Notes: generated from the letters alone by a model not told the origin. Counted from the first letter of the stretch, positions 17,893 through 27,977 are shown. The stretch: DNA of 64,000 bases from Candidatus Moranbacteria bacterium UBA2282 (GCA_002345745.1 DDWQ01000014.1:4439-68438); one strand, 5' to 3'. Made by a program: numbers and translations.

Positions 17893-19344
17893 ATGGCTAA
17901 GGATAATGTAGCAATCAGGTTTAATAAAGTGTCTTTTGAATATGGCTATGATGCCCCAATTTTGGATGAGGTGTCGTTTGCGTTGCGACGAGGCTCTAAA
18001 ATAACGCTAATGGGGCAAAATGGTGCTGGCAAGAGTACGATTTTGAACTTGATTACCGGATCTTTGCGACCAAATGATGGTTCAATTTTTGTTGATCAAG
18101 GTTTGACGGTTGCCTATGCTAAACAAGTTATTCCACGCGAACAATTGACGCTCACGATGCGGGAATTTTTTGAGACTTGTTTTTCTGAAAAAAAATATGA
18201 CATTGATCGTTTAATAGATGATGTTTTAGAAGTGGTTAATTTGAAAGCCTCACACGAAAAATTAGTTAAGGATTTTTCCGGTGGACAACAAGCCCGCTTG
18301 CTTCTAGCATCCGCTCTAATTCAAGATCCGGATTTGCTTATTTTGGATGAACCGACTAATAACCTTGATAAGGCGGGGATTGAACACCTGACACAGTTTT
18401 TAATGGACTACCAAAAAACTTGTATCGTGATTTCGCATGATGCCGATTTTCTAAATATGTTTACAGATGGTGTGCTATATCTTGATGTTTTTACTAAAAA
18501 AGTTGATCAGTATATTGGTGATTATTATGTTGTGATGGCGGAAATTCAAGTCAAAATTGAAAAAGACGAAAGAAAAAATGCACAATATGAAAAAGAAATC
18601 CAAGCCAATAAAGACAAAGCTAATTTTTTTGCTAATAAAGGTGGCGGTATGCGTCTCGTTGCTAAAAAGATGCGTGACAAAGCACAGGCTATGGAAGATT
18701 CAAAGGTGGCTGTGCGGAAAGAAGACAAAGCTATTCGCAACTTTACCATTCCCAATCAACCAGATTTAGTAGGGGAACTTCTAAATATTTCTTCTTTTTC
18801 TGTTATGAAAAATCACGAGGTTGTGGAAAAAACTGCTAGAATTTCTTTGAAAAAAAGACAACATCTGTTAATTGCTGGTCCTAATGGAATTGGCAAAAGC
18901 ACCCTTATTGAAGCGTTGGCAACTGGCAAAGCCATAGGAGCTAAAATTGCTGATGGGGTGCGAGTGGGTTATTATCGCCAAGATTTCTCAACACTGGATT
19001 TTGAAAAAACAGTGCACGATGAATTGCTATCAGTTATGCGTGAGCAAGATGAAGAACGTTTGCGTAGTGTGGCTTCTGGATTTCTAATCGGCAAAGAAAT
19101 GATTAGTGCAAAAATTGGCACGCTCTCGGAAGGACAGAAAGGACTCGTAGCTTTTGCACAATTAGTGCTTCTGGAGCCGGGACTTTTGATTTTAGACGAA
19201 CCGACCAATCACATCAATTTCCGTCATCTGCCAATTATTGCCAAGGCACTAGACAAGTATGAAGGTGCAATGGTGCTTGTTTCCCACGTCGCTGAATTTG
19301 TGGAGCAAGTGCATATTGATGAGATTTTGGACTTGGAAGAATAG
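17893..19344 (+). CDS. ABC-F family ATPase (tandem ABC domains, no TMD)
   Basis: Two Walker A (GQNGAGKST, GPNGIGKST), two signature motifs (LSGGQQ, LSEGQK) and two Walker B (ILDEPTN). Confidence 0.85.
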   Translation: MAKDNVAIRFNKVSFEYGYDAPILDEVSFALRRGSKITLMGQNGAGKSTILNLITGSLRPNDGSIFVDQGLTVAYAKQVIPREQLTLTMREFFETCFSEKKYDIDRLIDDVLEVVNLKASHEKLVKDFSGGQQARLLLASALIQDPDLLILDEPTNNLDKAGIEHLTQFLMDYQKTCIVISHDADFLNMFTDGVLYLDVFTKKVDQYIGDYYVVMAEIQVKIEKDERKNAQYEKEIQANKDKANFFANKGGGMRLVAKKMRDKAQAMEDSKVAVRKEDKAIRNFTIPNQPDLVGELLNISSFSVMKNHEVVEKTARISLKKRQHLLIAGPNGIGKSTLIEALATGKAIGAKIADGVRVGYYRQDFSTLDFEKTVHDELLSVMREQDEERLRSVASGFLIGKEMISAKIGTLSEGQKGLVAFAQLVLLEPGLLILDEPTNHINFRHLPIIAKALDKYEGAMVLVSHVAEFVEQVHIDEILDLEE

Positions 19345-19440
19345 CACTGTATAAATAATGTTTTGATTTTTTATATTGACATTATGGCTTTAAAAGGCTA
19401 TATTTTATATATTAACAATTAACAAATTTATTAAATTATT

Positions 19441-20103
19441 ATGAAAAAGAAGATTTTAATTAGCTCGGTTATTTTAGTAATTATCCTCGTCGCTGGCGTG
19501 GGCTTTTGGAAGTGGAAAGGTGTGAAAAACGCTGAGGTTCTGAGGGATGGTCAAGTAAAACAGGTTGTGCAAAATGAGAAGCAGACTCAACAACAAGATG
19601 ATAATCAGGCACAAGTTGATATAGCTAGTTGGAAGACTTACAAAAATGATGAATACGGATTTGAAATGAATCTTCCAGGAAACATTAATAAATGGCATAT
19701 CGAAAAAAAGGTTTTTTCAAAAAAAGATAATATACATAACAGTGAGACAGTAACGTTGTATTTTAATTATGATTTAGATCAAAGTATAGCACGGGCTGAA
19801 AATGACCCATCTCTTGGAAAAATAAATGATATGAGCTTATGGTATATAAATATCATTCCAATACGCACTTGGAGGCCAGATGCTTGCAGTACTACTAAAG
19901 TTGAAGGTCCATGTCGTCAGGGGGTTGTTTTGGGAAAAAACAACAAATATGTCTTTGAGTCGGGATATCCAAATGTTGAAGGCACTGGCAGTTTATGTGA
20001 AAAATATGCTGACACGCAAAAGGAAATTTGCAGTGTGGATAGCAACTTTTATGTACAGACTAATGAAATAGGTCAATGGAAATTCAAAACAATTAATAAA
20101 TAA
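19441..20103 (+). CDS. hypothetical membrane-anchored or secreted protein
   Basis: N-terminal TM; Gln-rich linker; no motif recognised. Confidence 0.45.
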   Translation: MKKKILISSVILVIILVAGVGFWKWKGVKNAEVLRDGQVKQVVQNEKQTQQQDDNQAQVDIASWKTYKNDEYGFEMNLPGNINKWHIEKKVFSKKDNIHNSETVTLYFNYDLDQSIARAENDPSLGKINDMSLWYINIIPIRTWRPDACSTTKVEGPCRQGVVLGKNNKYVFESGYPNVEGTGSLCEKYADTQKEICSVDSNFYVQTNEIGQWKFKTINK

Positions 20104-20169
20104 CAGTTGGGTATATCAAAAATATTGAAAGAATTGTTTAGTTGAATTTAGCAATTAGCCTATATTATA

Positions 20170-20228
20170 CCTCCTTCAATATTCTCAATAAGAATAGGAA
20201 TATTGAAGGGGGTGTAATAAATTTTTTT
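20170..20228 (+). terminator. 15-bp inverted repeat hairpin followed by T-run (putative terminator)
   Basis: CCTCCTTCAATATTC ... GAATATTGAAGGGGG, then TTTTTTT 9 nt downstream. Confidence 0.4.
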
Positions 20229-20327
20229 AGTATCTTAACAACTAAATACAAAAAGGAGGGGCGATGAGAAGATAATTTATGTGTGAATAGGCGTATTATT
20301 GAGAAAATCTAAAAATGGAGGCAACAG

Positions 20328-21017
20328 ATGAAAAAAATTTGTAGCTGTCTGATTGGGGTAGCAATTTTTTTGTATTCGGTAATTTTTGCACAGGCTGAAT
20401 GCACAGGAGTTTGTTTGCAATATTGTGGCAATCCAGGCGGTAGTCATGGATATTGCGTGGATTATATTTATGACAGGCTAAAAGTTAGGCAATCTGGAAA
20501 TGCAGTAAATTGGATCGGAACGGATGGCTTGAGTATGGATGAGGTTCAAGTGAATGATGTGGCAATTTTTGGTGCAACTAGTTCAAATCCTTATGGTCAT
20601 GTTGCTGTAGTAGATAGTGTTGAAGGTGATAATATTACGATAAGTGAGTGGAATTTTGGATATCCTTCGAATAATTCAGTGGAGTTGTCTTGCGGGGTAA
20701 CAACACAATATCACAATACAACCACAAGAACTATCGCAAAAAGTAGCGTATCAAGATTCTGGCGGCCAGAAACTGTAGCTCCTTGCGAGTCTAATATCCA
20801 GATAACGCTTCAGATTGTTGGTAATGTTGGCTGGTATCCGAATTATCTATCATGTGTTTCGGCAAATGCTTGGTATAATATCATTGAAGAAAATGGCGAA
20901 AAACTTGCTACATCAGCAAATGAGGGTCCAACGATTTGTTGGAGTATTCAGTATTCTTTATATGGCGTTGATTATGATGTTATTTTTGGATCTCAACCAT
21001 TAACTTGTCATCAATAA
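20328..21017 (+). CDS. secreted CHAP-domain protein (putative peptidoglycan amidase or peptidase)
   Basis: Signal peptide. Cys in GYCVDYIY and His in YGHVAVVDSVEGDNITISEWNFG, typical CHAP arrangement. Confidence 0.6.
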   Translation: MKKICSCLIGVAIFLYSVIFAQAECTGVCLQYCGNPGGSHGYCVDYIYDRLKVRQSGNAVNWIGTDGLSMDEVQVNDVAIFGATSSNPYGHVAVVDSVEGDNITISEWNFGYPSNNSVELSCGVTTQYHNTTTRTIAKSSVSRFWRPETVAPCESNIQITLQIVGNVGWYPNYLSCVSANAWYNIIEENGEKLATSANEGPTICWSIQYSLYGVDYDVIFGSQPLTCHQ

Positions 21018-21030
21018 TAGGAGGTGCTTA

Positions 21031-22308
21031 ATGAAAAGTATCGCAATGTTGGTTTTTTCAATCTTACTTTTTGTTGTAAATATTTCGCATGCAGGGTGTG
21101 GCGATATATCTATAGTGACTGTTAACTCAAACTATGAAAATCCTGTTACCAGTCTTTCTCTCCCCAACCTCCAAATCAAAGAATTCAACATCCACGACAC
21201 ACCCGACACTAAACTGGTTGAGAGCCAATCAATTATGAATGTCGGACAAACATATGAAGTTCATGTCTGGCCAGTCTCCAAAGAGGCTGATTGTACCAAT
21301 GGCATCGAAGCTGGCAAAGACACAGTGGAAACTGATACTTTCTACAAAATCGCCACAAGCAAAGACGAAGGAGAATGGATTTTCCTCCATCGCAACTACA
21401 CCCAATGCGTGAATATGGATCAAGATGATTCCAAAAAAGAAATCTTCAATTTTACTGTCCCACCTGAAGCTTCTGGACAAAGAATATATTTCAAATCCAA
21501 AGTTGACTCAACAGGTGAAGTGCGAGAAACTAATGAACACGACAACTGGTCGGATGTTGAATGGTATCCGGTCGAAGGATATTGTTCGAGTTGTCCCGAC
21601 CTGGCTGTGCCCTATATCGGCCTTACTGCTGGAAAAACCAGTGTTGATCTTGGTGGCAAATTCGGCTTGGAAGTAGACGTAATGAATCAAGGAAACGCTA
21701 ATTGCCCAATCGATATTCGTGGTGCATACTATCTTAAAGTGCCCAATGCTACAAATTGGACACAAGTGGCTGATGACGGCAGTGAAGCAAGTGACCTTGA
21801 TGTTGGTGAATCTGAACGAGAATATACTATGGATTCTCCGTTCACCGCCAACCAAATCGGTGCTTGGCAAGGTATGTTCTGTGCTGACCATCTCAATGCT
21901 GTTAGAGAACAAGACGAAAGCAATAACTGCAAAATTTTTATATTTAACGTTAATCCGGTTGGACCGGATTTAATTATTTCCAGCCTTGGATTTAAAGAAG
22001 GCCTTTCCTTTAAGAGAAAGATCAGTTCTCACCCTTGGGCTATCGTGAAGAATATCGGTAACAAAACTCCAGCCTCCAATATTCGCATCGCTTATTATAT
22101 CGACGGACAGTATCGCGATGATGATGGGGTTTCCGCCGATGAACTCACTCCCGGTCGTGATCAATATGAAAGCGTCGACAACAACAATATTAGACTTGGT
22201 GACTGGGGCACAAGAACGCTCACTGTCTGTGTCGATACCAAGGGTCAAGTACCAGAGCTTAATGAAGGCAATAACTGTGCTTCAGTAAGGTTTACAGTTA
22301 TCAGATGA
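21031..22308 (+). CDS. secreted protein with CARDB-like domains
   Basis: Signal peptide. Repeated C-terminal-of-domain motifs NEHDNWSDV, ESNNCKIFIF and NEGNNCASVRFTV resemble CARDB E-x-NE-NN endings. Confidence 0.5.
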   Translation: MKSIAMLVFSILLFVVNISHAGCGDISIVTVNSNYENPVTSLSLPNLQIKEFNIHDTPDTKLVESQSIMNVGQTYEVHVWPVSKEADCTNGIEAGKDTVETDTFYKIATSKDEGEWIFLHRNYTQCVNMDQDDSKKEIFNFTVPPEASGQRIYFKSKVDSTGEVRETNEHDNWSDVEWYPVEGYCSSCPDLAVPYIGLTAGKTSVDLGGKFGLEVDVMNQGNANCPIDIRGAYYLKVPNATNWTQVADDGSEASDLDVGESEREYTMDSPFTANQIGAWQGMFCADHLNAVREQDESNNCKIFIFNVNPVGPDLIISSLGFKEGLSFKRKISSHPWAIVKNIGNKTPASNIRIAYYIDGQYRDDDGVSADELTPGRDQYESVDNNNIRLGDWGTRTLTVCVDTKGQVPELNEGNNCASVRFTVIR

Positions 22309-22521
22309 TATGATGACAAAAGAAAAATGAACGCCCTGCTTTTCAATCTTTGAAAGGTAGGGTGTTTTTAGTAACGTTGACAAGTATGAATGTCAGTTAG
22401 TTTGACAAAAGTTAGAGGGCATGCTATACTTATTTCAATCACAGTGGCATGCAGCAGTAGCGTAGTCGAACTTTTTTTGCATCGCATTTATGTGTATTTA
22501 ATTAATTTGTACTACAACAAC

Positions 22522-22722
22522 ATGGCACAAGGAACAATCAAAAGATTGACTGACCGTGGATTTGGATTCATTGCTCAAGAGGGTAGTGATAAGGATCTTT
22601 TCTTTCATGCAAAAGAACTACAAGGTGTAGAGTTCAATGACTTGAAAGAAGGCGATGCAGTTGAATTCGAAGTTAGCGAAAGTCCAAAAGGACCAAACGC
22701 TATCAACGTTTCAAAAATCTAG
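22522..22722 (+). CDS. cspA: cold-shock protein (CspA family)
   Basis: MAQGTIKRLTDRGFGFIAQEGSDKDLFFHA, RNP1-like GFGFI. The ORF-track start at 22390 is most likely 5' UTR; ATG at 22522 was chosen. Confidence 0.85.
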   Translation: MAQGTIKRLTDRGFGFIAQEGSDKDLFFHAKELQGVEFNDLKEGDAVEFEVSESPKGPNAINVSKI

Positions 22723-22735
22723 TCTCAAAATTAAA

Positions 22736-22764
22736 AAAGCTCTGCTTTATGTGGAGCTTTTTTA
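22736..22764 (+). terminator. intrinsic terminator after csp
   Basis: AAAGCTC-tgctttatgtg-GAGCTTT then TTTT. Confidence 0.6.
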
Positions 22765-22813
22765 ATTGGTTTTTTTAATTTTAGATGCTATGGTTAGAAG
22801 ATAGAATTATATT

Positions 22814-24121
22814 ATGATAGAAAATAAATTAGATAAATTTGATGTCGCCGTGATTGGTGGCGGACCAGCGGGTATGATAGCCGCGGGGCGAGCAGCCGAA
22901 CTTGGCGCACGCGTTGTTTTGCTTGAAAAAAATTCCAGTTTAGGCAAGAAACTTCTGATAACTGGCAAAGGACGCTGTAATATAACGCAGGCGGAATTTG
23001 ATGATAAGGAAATTATTAAGAAATTTGGACGCAACGGAAAATTTCTTTTTTCTTCGCTTGCTAATTTCGGACCGGAAGAGGTCATTGCATTCTTTGAGAG
23101 TCGACGGGTGCCAACAAAAATTGAAAGAGGCGGGCGCGTATTCCCCGTATCAGATAAAGCTCAGGATGTTTTGTATATATTGCAAAAATATCTGGAAAAA
23201 AATAAAGTTGAAATAATTTATAACGCGCAAGTTGCTGGGTTTGATGTTTCGCCAGAGGTTTCTGGTAAAAAAATAGTTAGTGTAAGTTTGGCAGAACAAG
23301 GCTATATATCTCCCGAAAAACAAGCATTGACACCAATCAGAAGAATTTATGCTGACAAATTTATTCTATGCACCGGTGGAAAATCCTATCCCACCACAGG
23401 CTCAACAGGTGACGGTTATCAGTGGGCAAAAGATTTGGGGCATACGATTATCACACTAGCACCCGCCTTGGTTCCAGTGAAAACCAAAGAGCTATGGGTA
23501 AAAGATTTGCAGGGCTTGAGTCTAAAAAATGTAGCTATTAATGTGATACAGAATAATAAAAAACAAGACTCGCGCTTTGGCGAAATGCTGTTTACGCATT
23601 TTGGACTGACTGGACCAATTGTTTTGGATTTGAGTAAAAAAATTGGAGAGCTGGCACAACAAGGTGAAGTATCTATTGCAATTGATTTGAAACCGGCGTT
23701 GAGTTATGACCAGCTGGATGCACGCTTGCAAAAAGATTTTAAAGAAAATAGCAATAAAGATTTTATAAATTATTTGCCAGAATTATTGCCACAAAAAATG
23801 ATTGCGACAATTAGTAGTTTGCTTGGTATTGATCCACGCAAAAAAATAAATTTAGTCACAAAAGATGAACGTAAAAAAATAATTGAACTATTGAAAAATT
23901 TACGGCTAACTTACGATGGCACAACCGGCTATAGTCAAGCGATTATTACTAGTGGCGGAGTGGATATCCGAGAAGTTGATTCCAAAACAATGCAATCGCG
24001 AAAAATAGAAAATCTATTTTTAGCTGGTGAGATATTGAATTTGGATGGACCAACTGGCGGATATAATTTGCAGGTTTGCTGGAGTACTGGGTATGCCGCG
24101 GGGACATATGTTTCTCAATAG
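22814..24121 (+). CDS. HI0933-like (BaiN/aminoacetone-oxidase family) NAD(P)/FAD-dependent flavoprotein
   Basis: FAD-binding DVAVIGGGPAGMIAAGRAAELG; GKGRCNIT motif of the HI0933 family. Confidence 0.8.
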   Translation: MIENKLDKFDVAVIGGGPAGMIAAGRAAELGARVVLLEKNSSLGKKLLITGKGRCNITQAEFDDKEIIKKFGRNGKFLFSSLANFGPEEVIAFFESRRVPTKIERGGRVFPVSDKAQDVLYILQKYLEKNKVEIIYNAQVAGFDVSPEVSGKKIVSVSLAEQGYISPEKQALTPIRRIYADKFILCTGGKSYPTTGSTGDGYQWAKDLGHTIITLAPALVPVKTKELWVKDLQGLSLKNVAINVIQNNKKQDSRFGEMLFTHFGLTGPIVLDLSKKIGELAQQGEVSIAIDLKPALSYDQLDARLQKDFKENSNKDFINYLPELLPQKMIATISSLLGIDPRKKINLVTKDERKKIIELLKNLRLTYDGTTGYSQAIITSGGVDIREVDSKTMQSRKIENLFLAGEILNLDGPTGGYNLQVCWSTGYAAGTYVSQ

Positions 24122-24136
24122 GTCTATTGTAAAACA

Positions 24137-24685
24137 ATGCAAAGAGATGATAAAAATTTAATTATTGCTTTTCTGAATGGTTTGGATGAGTCCTTTGAGC
24201 AACTAGTGAATCGGTATTTGAAACCGATTTATAATTTTCTCTATCAATTTACGAAAGACACAGATTCTTTGGACGATTTGACACAAGAGACTTTCATTAA
24301 AGTTTGGAAGAATATTCACAAATTTGATCAGTCAAAAAATTTCCGCACTTGGCTGTATGCAATTGCAAAAAATACGGCTTATGATTTTTTAAAGAAAAAA
24401 AAGACTATTCCATTTTCAAATTTTCTTGATGCTGAGGGTGACAATAAATTAGAACAAACCGTTGAGGATGGTTCGTCGCCAGAGGATGTTTTGATGGCAC
24501 AGGATTTGGAAAAAGAACTGGGCAAAAAATTACAACAATTATCAGATAGCCATCGCCTTATTTTATTGATGCGTTATAAAGATGATTTCTCTTTGCAAGA
24601 AATCTCCGAGATTTTGAATTTGTCTTATAATACGGTCAAAAGCCAACATACACGGGCTTTGTTGGCTTTAAAAAAGAGTTTGTAA
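24137..24685 (+). CDS. ECF-type sigma-70 family sigma factor
   Basis: Region 2 (LTQETFIKVWKNIHKFD...FRTWLYAIAKNTAYDF) and region 4 HTH (SLQEISEILNLSYNTVKSQHTRALLALKK). Confidence 0.75.
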   Translation: MQRDDKNLIIAFLNGLDESFEQLVNRYLKPIYNFLYQFTKDTDSLDDLTQETFIKVWKNIHKFDQSKNFRTWLYAIAKNTAYDFLKKKKTIPFSNFLDAEGDNKLEQTVEDGSSPEDVLMAQDLEKELGKKLQQLSDSHRLILLMRYKDDFSLQEISEILNLSYNTVKSQHTRALLALKKSL

Positions 24686-24742
24686 GCTTAGTAATAAACA
24701 AGAGCTAGACCTTTTATATCGAAGATATGCATAAGCAGGCTA

Positions 24743-24770
24743 TTGACAGTGATATGAATAGTGATAGAAT
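24743..24770 (+). promoter_or_regulatory. sigma-70-like promoter upstream of recQ
   Basis: TTGACA (24743-48), 16-nt spacer, TGaTAGAAT extended -10 (24762-70). Confidence 0.45.
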
Positions 24771-24853
24771 ATCATTGAGGACATTCCTATTCACACAAAA
24801 GAATATAAATAAAAAAATAATAGACCAGTTATGCAACAGGTTTAAAAAATAAA

Positions 24854-26467
24854 ATGTTAGAAAAAAATCTAGAAAAATATTTTAAATTTTCACAATTTCG
24901 AGCGGGACAAAAAGAAATTATTGAGAGCATTTTGGCGGGTGAAGATGTGGTAGCTCTAATGCCAACTGGCGGTGGCAAATCACTATGCTACCAATTGCCA
25001 GCAATTTTGAGTGAAAAAATTACAATTGTTATTTCGCCTCTAATTGCTTTAATGAAAGATCAAGTGGATAGTTTGACCGTGCGCGGAATTCCGGCAACTT
25101 TCATTAACAGCTCATTAGATATTAATGAAATTAAAAAAAGAATTGCTGATATTGAAAAAGGCACTACCAAAATTCTATATATAGCACCAGAAAGATTTGC
25201 CAGCGCGGAATTCCGTAAGTTATTTTCTACGCTGGACATTTCTTTATTTGCAGTTGATGAAGCTCATTGCGTTTCGCAATGGGGGCACGATTTTCGGCCA
25301 GACTATCTAGCAATCGGTCAGTATATTAAATCATTAAAAAAACGACCAAGTGTGGCAGCTTTCACTGCCACGGCTACACCAGAAGTAAAAGATGATATTA
25401 TAGCTCGTCTTGATTTACAAAATCCAAAAGTTTTTATTCGTGGTTTTGATCGACCTAATATCCGATTTTTTGCACAATGCGATTTGAAACCAACGCAACG
25501 ACTGGAAGAAGTTTTGCGAATTGTGAAGTCTTTGAAGGGTGCTGGTTCTGGAATTGTCTATGCTATTTCACGCAAGGATACGGAAACCATTACGAAATAT
25601 TTAAAAAGTCAGGACATCACTGCACGAGCCTATCACGCTGGGATGAAAGCTGAAATGCGTGAAAAAACACAAGATGATTTTATGGAAAATAGATTCAAAG
25701 TAATTGTGGCCACAGTGGCTTTTGGGATGGGAGTGGACAAGGCGGATATTCGGTTTGTCATTCACGCCGGAATGCCTGGCAGTCTAGAAGGTTATTATCA
25801 AGAAGCTGGCAGAGCTGGACGTGACGGTGAAATGGCCTATTGCGTTCTGCTCCATAGCAAGCGAGATGTTATAACTCACAAATATTTTATTCGCCTAGAC
25901 AAACAAAATATGCTCGCACAGGGCAAGAGCTGGCAGGAAACAGATAAGATACTGAATATAAAATATAATCGGCTGGAGGGCATCCTGAATTATGCCACAG
26001 CCAACAGCTGTCGTCGGAGAATTATTTTGGAATATTTCAATGATCCTGATTTGCATAAACAGCATCAAAATTGCAAGGGTTGTGATGTGTGTTTGAATTG
26101 GAAAAATACTAAGATCAAAAAAACCACTCACAGTGGTCAGAGAATTGTGCGGAACAAGGATGAATTGAGCGACACAATTTTGGAAACAACTAATTTGTAT
26201 AAACAAGATTATACTCCAGAGCAAATTGCTAAAATCCGTAGTTTGGGTGTCAGCACGATTTTCAATCATCTAACACTGTGGTATTTGGCTGGCGGGGAAC
26301 TTGAATTTGAAAAATTTGTGACTGCCGAAGAAGAACAACAAATTCTGCAAGCCTTGCCACAAGTTGGTAGTGCCCATCTTTTGAGTGCCATCAAAGCACA
26401 ATTGCCAGCTAGTATCAGTTATGAACAAATTAGATTAGTGATTGCCAAGCGGCAGAAGGAAAAATAG
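24854..26467 (+). CDS. recQ: ATP-dependent DNA helicase RecQ family
   Basis: Walker A PTGGGKSLCYQ; DEAH (AVDEAHCVSQWGHDFRPDY); RecQ-Ct Zn-binding Cys cluster (CRRR...CKGCDVC). Confidence 0.9.
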   Translation: MLEKNLEKYFKFSQFRAGQKEIIESILAGEDVVALMPTGGGKSLCYQLPAILSEKITIVISPLIALMKDQVDSLTVRGIPATFINSSLDINEIKKRIADIEKGTTKILYIAPERFASAEFRKLFSTLDISLFAVDEAHCVSQWGHDFRPDYLAIGQYIKSLKKRPSVAAFTATATPEVKDDIIARLDLQNPKVFIRGFDRPNIRFFAQCDLKPTQRLEEVLRIVKSLKGAGSGIVYAISRKDTETITKYLKSQDITARAYHAGMKAEMREKTQDDFMENRFKVIVATVAFGMGVDKADIRFVIHAGMPGSLEGYYQEAGRAGRDGEMAYCVLLHSKRDVITHKYFIRLDKQNMLAQGKSWQETDKILNIKYNRLEGILNYATANSCRRRIILEYFNDPDLHKQHQNCKGCDVCLNWKNTKIKKTTHSGQRIVRNKDELSDTILETTNLYKQDYTPEQIAKIRSLGVSTIFNHLTLWYLAGGELEFEKFVTAEEEQQILQALPQVGSAHLLSAIKAQLPASISYEQIRLVIAKRQKEK

Positions 26468-26543
26468 AAAATGAACGAGATGCTGTTATAGTGGTATAAT
26501 AATATTAGGAGGATTGATAAGATATAATTTTGTGTGTATTTTT

Positions 26544-27206
26544 ATGAAAATAAAAGATATTCCTACAATCGAAAGACCCAGAGAAAAGTTGGTTAAATAT
26601 GGGCCGGAAAAATTGACTAACGCTGAGCTTCTAGCGATTCTTCTGCGAACTGGCACAAAAGGACAAAATGTTTTGGAGATGTCGAAAAAGATTTTGCGTA
26701 AATTTCCACAGAAGACATTGGCCGAAGCTGATTTAAAAGAGTTGCAAGAAATTTTTGGCTTGGGTGAAACCAAGGCAGTTGAGATAATGGCTTGCTTTGA
26801 ATTGAGTCGGAGGCTATTAAAAGACAAACAAACTGAAATTCTATTGTCTCCGCGGGATGTTTGGGAAAATCTGCATGATATTCGTGATAATAAAAAAGAG
26901 CATTTCATTGTTTTCTATTTGGATGCACGCAATCAAAAAATTCAACGGGAAATAATTTCTATTGGAATCTTGAATGCCAACCTAATTCATCCACGAGAAG
27001 TTTTTGAACCAGCGATTTTGCATACTGCGGCACAAATTCTCATTGCACACAATCATCCTTCTGGAGAAATCAAGCCGTCAGATGATGATATCGCGGTGAC
27101 CAAACGCTTAGTTGAGGCAGGAAAAATTTTAGGTATTGAAATTGTAGATCATGTCATTGTTTCTCAAAATTCTTTCTTAAGTTTGAAATGCGAGGGGTTG
27201 CTATAA
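26544..27206 (+). CDS. radC: RadC-like JAB/MPN domain protein
   Basis: N-terminal HhH-like region; JAMM motif HNHPSGEIKPSDDD; start moved to MKIKDIP. Confidence 0.8.
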   Translation: MKIKDIPTIERPREKLVKYGPEKLTNAELLAILLRTGTKGQNVLEMSKKILRKFPQKTLAEADLKELQEIFGLGETKAVEIMACFELSRRLLKDKQTEILLSPRDVWENLHDIRDNKKEHFIVFYLDARNQKIQREIISIGILNANLIHPREVFEPAILHTAAQILIAHNHPSGEIKPSDDDIAVTKRLVEAGKILGIEIVDHVIVSQNSFLSLKCEGLL

Positions 27207-27254
27207 ATTTATATGTACATTATAATGTACATATAAACTTTAAAGTCAAGAAAA

Positions 27255-27977
27255 ATGAAAATCAAAACAACTTTGCCGATAACTGAAGCTAGAAAAAATA
27301 TTTTTAACATTGCAGAAGAGGTGCAAAAATCCGGAGTATATTATACATTAACTGAACATGGCCGTCCTAAAATGGTTATGCTTTCAGCTGAAAAATTTGA
27401 AACTCTGACAGAGCAAAAAAATAATAATTTTATTTGTGCTGATAAATCACAGCAAGCCTATGGTATGTCGCGGGAAATGATGTTATCAAAAGTTTTGGTG
27501 GTGCGGGATGAATCACGGGTGGTCTATTTATCAGGGGATGATCAGAATTTGAGATACAAAGAAGAAAGTCTCATAAAATCACAACTCTATATCAAACTAA
27601 TTGAAAAATACAAATATTCGCTAGGGCTGATTGAATTTGGCCGCTATGTCAAAGTGGGCGGTGAAAAAAGCCGTCACTATATCGAAGCTGACATCATCAT
27701 CAATGATGGTCATGGTAATGTCAGGATGATTTTTGAAGTTGGTTTATTTGATGAATATGAAAAAAGTCTTGATCAAATTATGGCAGACTTGTTTGATATC
27801 TCATCAGCTGTCGCTTGGGTCAAAAAGCCGGAATTTCTGGTCTACTATTCTCGCAGTTGTAAAACTGGGATTGTGAAAGAAAAAATTTTGGTAGTCGATT
27901 GCTCCAAATTCAACACTTTTTCCGCCTGGAAAAAAGCTGGGCGACCAGGAGACAAAACCATCCCAGAATTTTGTTAA
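27255..27977 (+). CDS. Phd/YefM-like N-terminal domain fused to a PD-(D/E)xK-like (HsdR-N-like) domain; function unknown
   Basis: N-terminus ITEARKNIFNIAEEVQKSGVYYTLTEHGRPKMVMLSAEKFETL resembles Phd/YefM antitoxins. C-terminal part has EADIIINDGHGNVRMIFEVG, a PD-(D/E)xK-like pattern. Confidence 0.45.
   Translation: MKIKTTLPITEARKNIFNIAEEVQKSGVYYTLTEHGRPKMVMLSAEKFETLTEQKNNNFICADKSQQAYGMSREMMLSKVLVVRDESRVVYLSGDDQNLRYKEESLIKSQLYIKLIEKYKYSLGLIEFGRYVKVGGEKSRHYIEADIIINDGHGNVRMIFEVGLFDEYEKSLDQIMADLFDISSAVAWVKKPEFLVYYSRSCKTGIVKEKILVVDCSKFNTFSAWKKAGRPGDKTIPEFC

Noticed and set aside
22390-22521. Upstream 44 codons of the listed 110-aa csp ORF
   Set aside because: Csp homology and a typical 66-aa length begin at the ATG at 22522. 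The upstream part is better explained as the long 5' UTR common to cold-shock genes.
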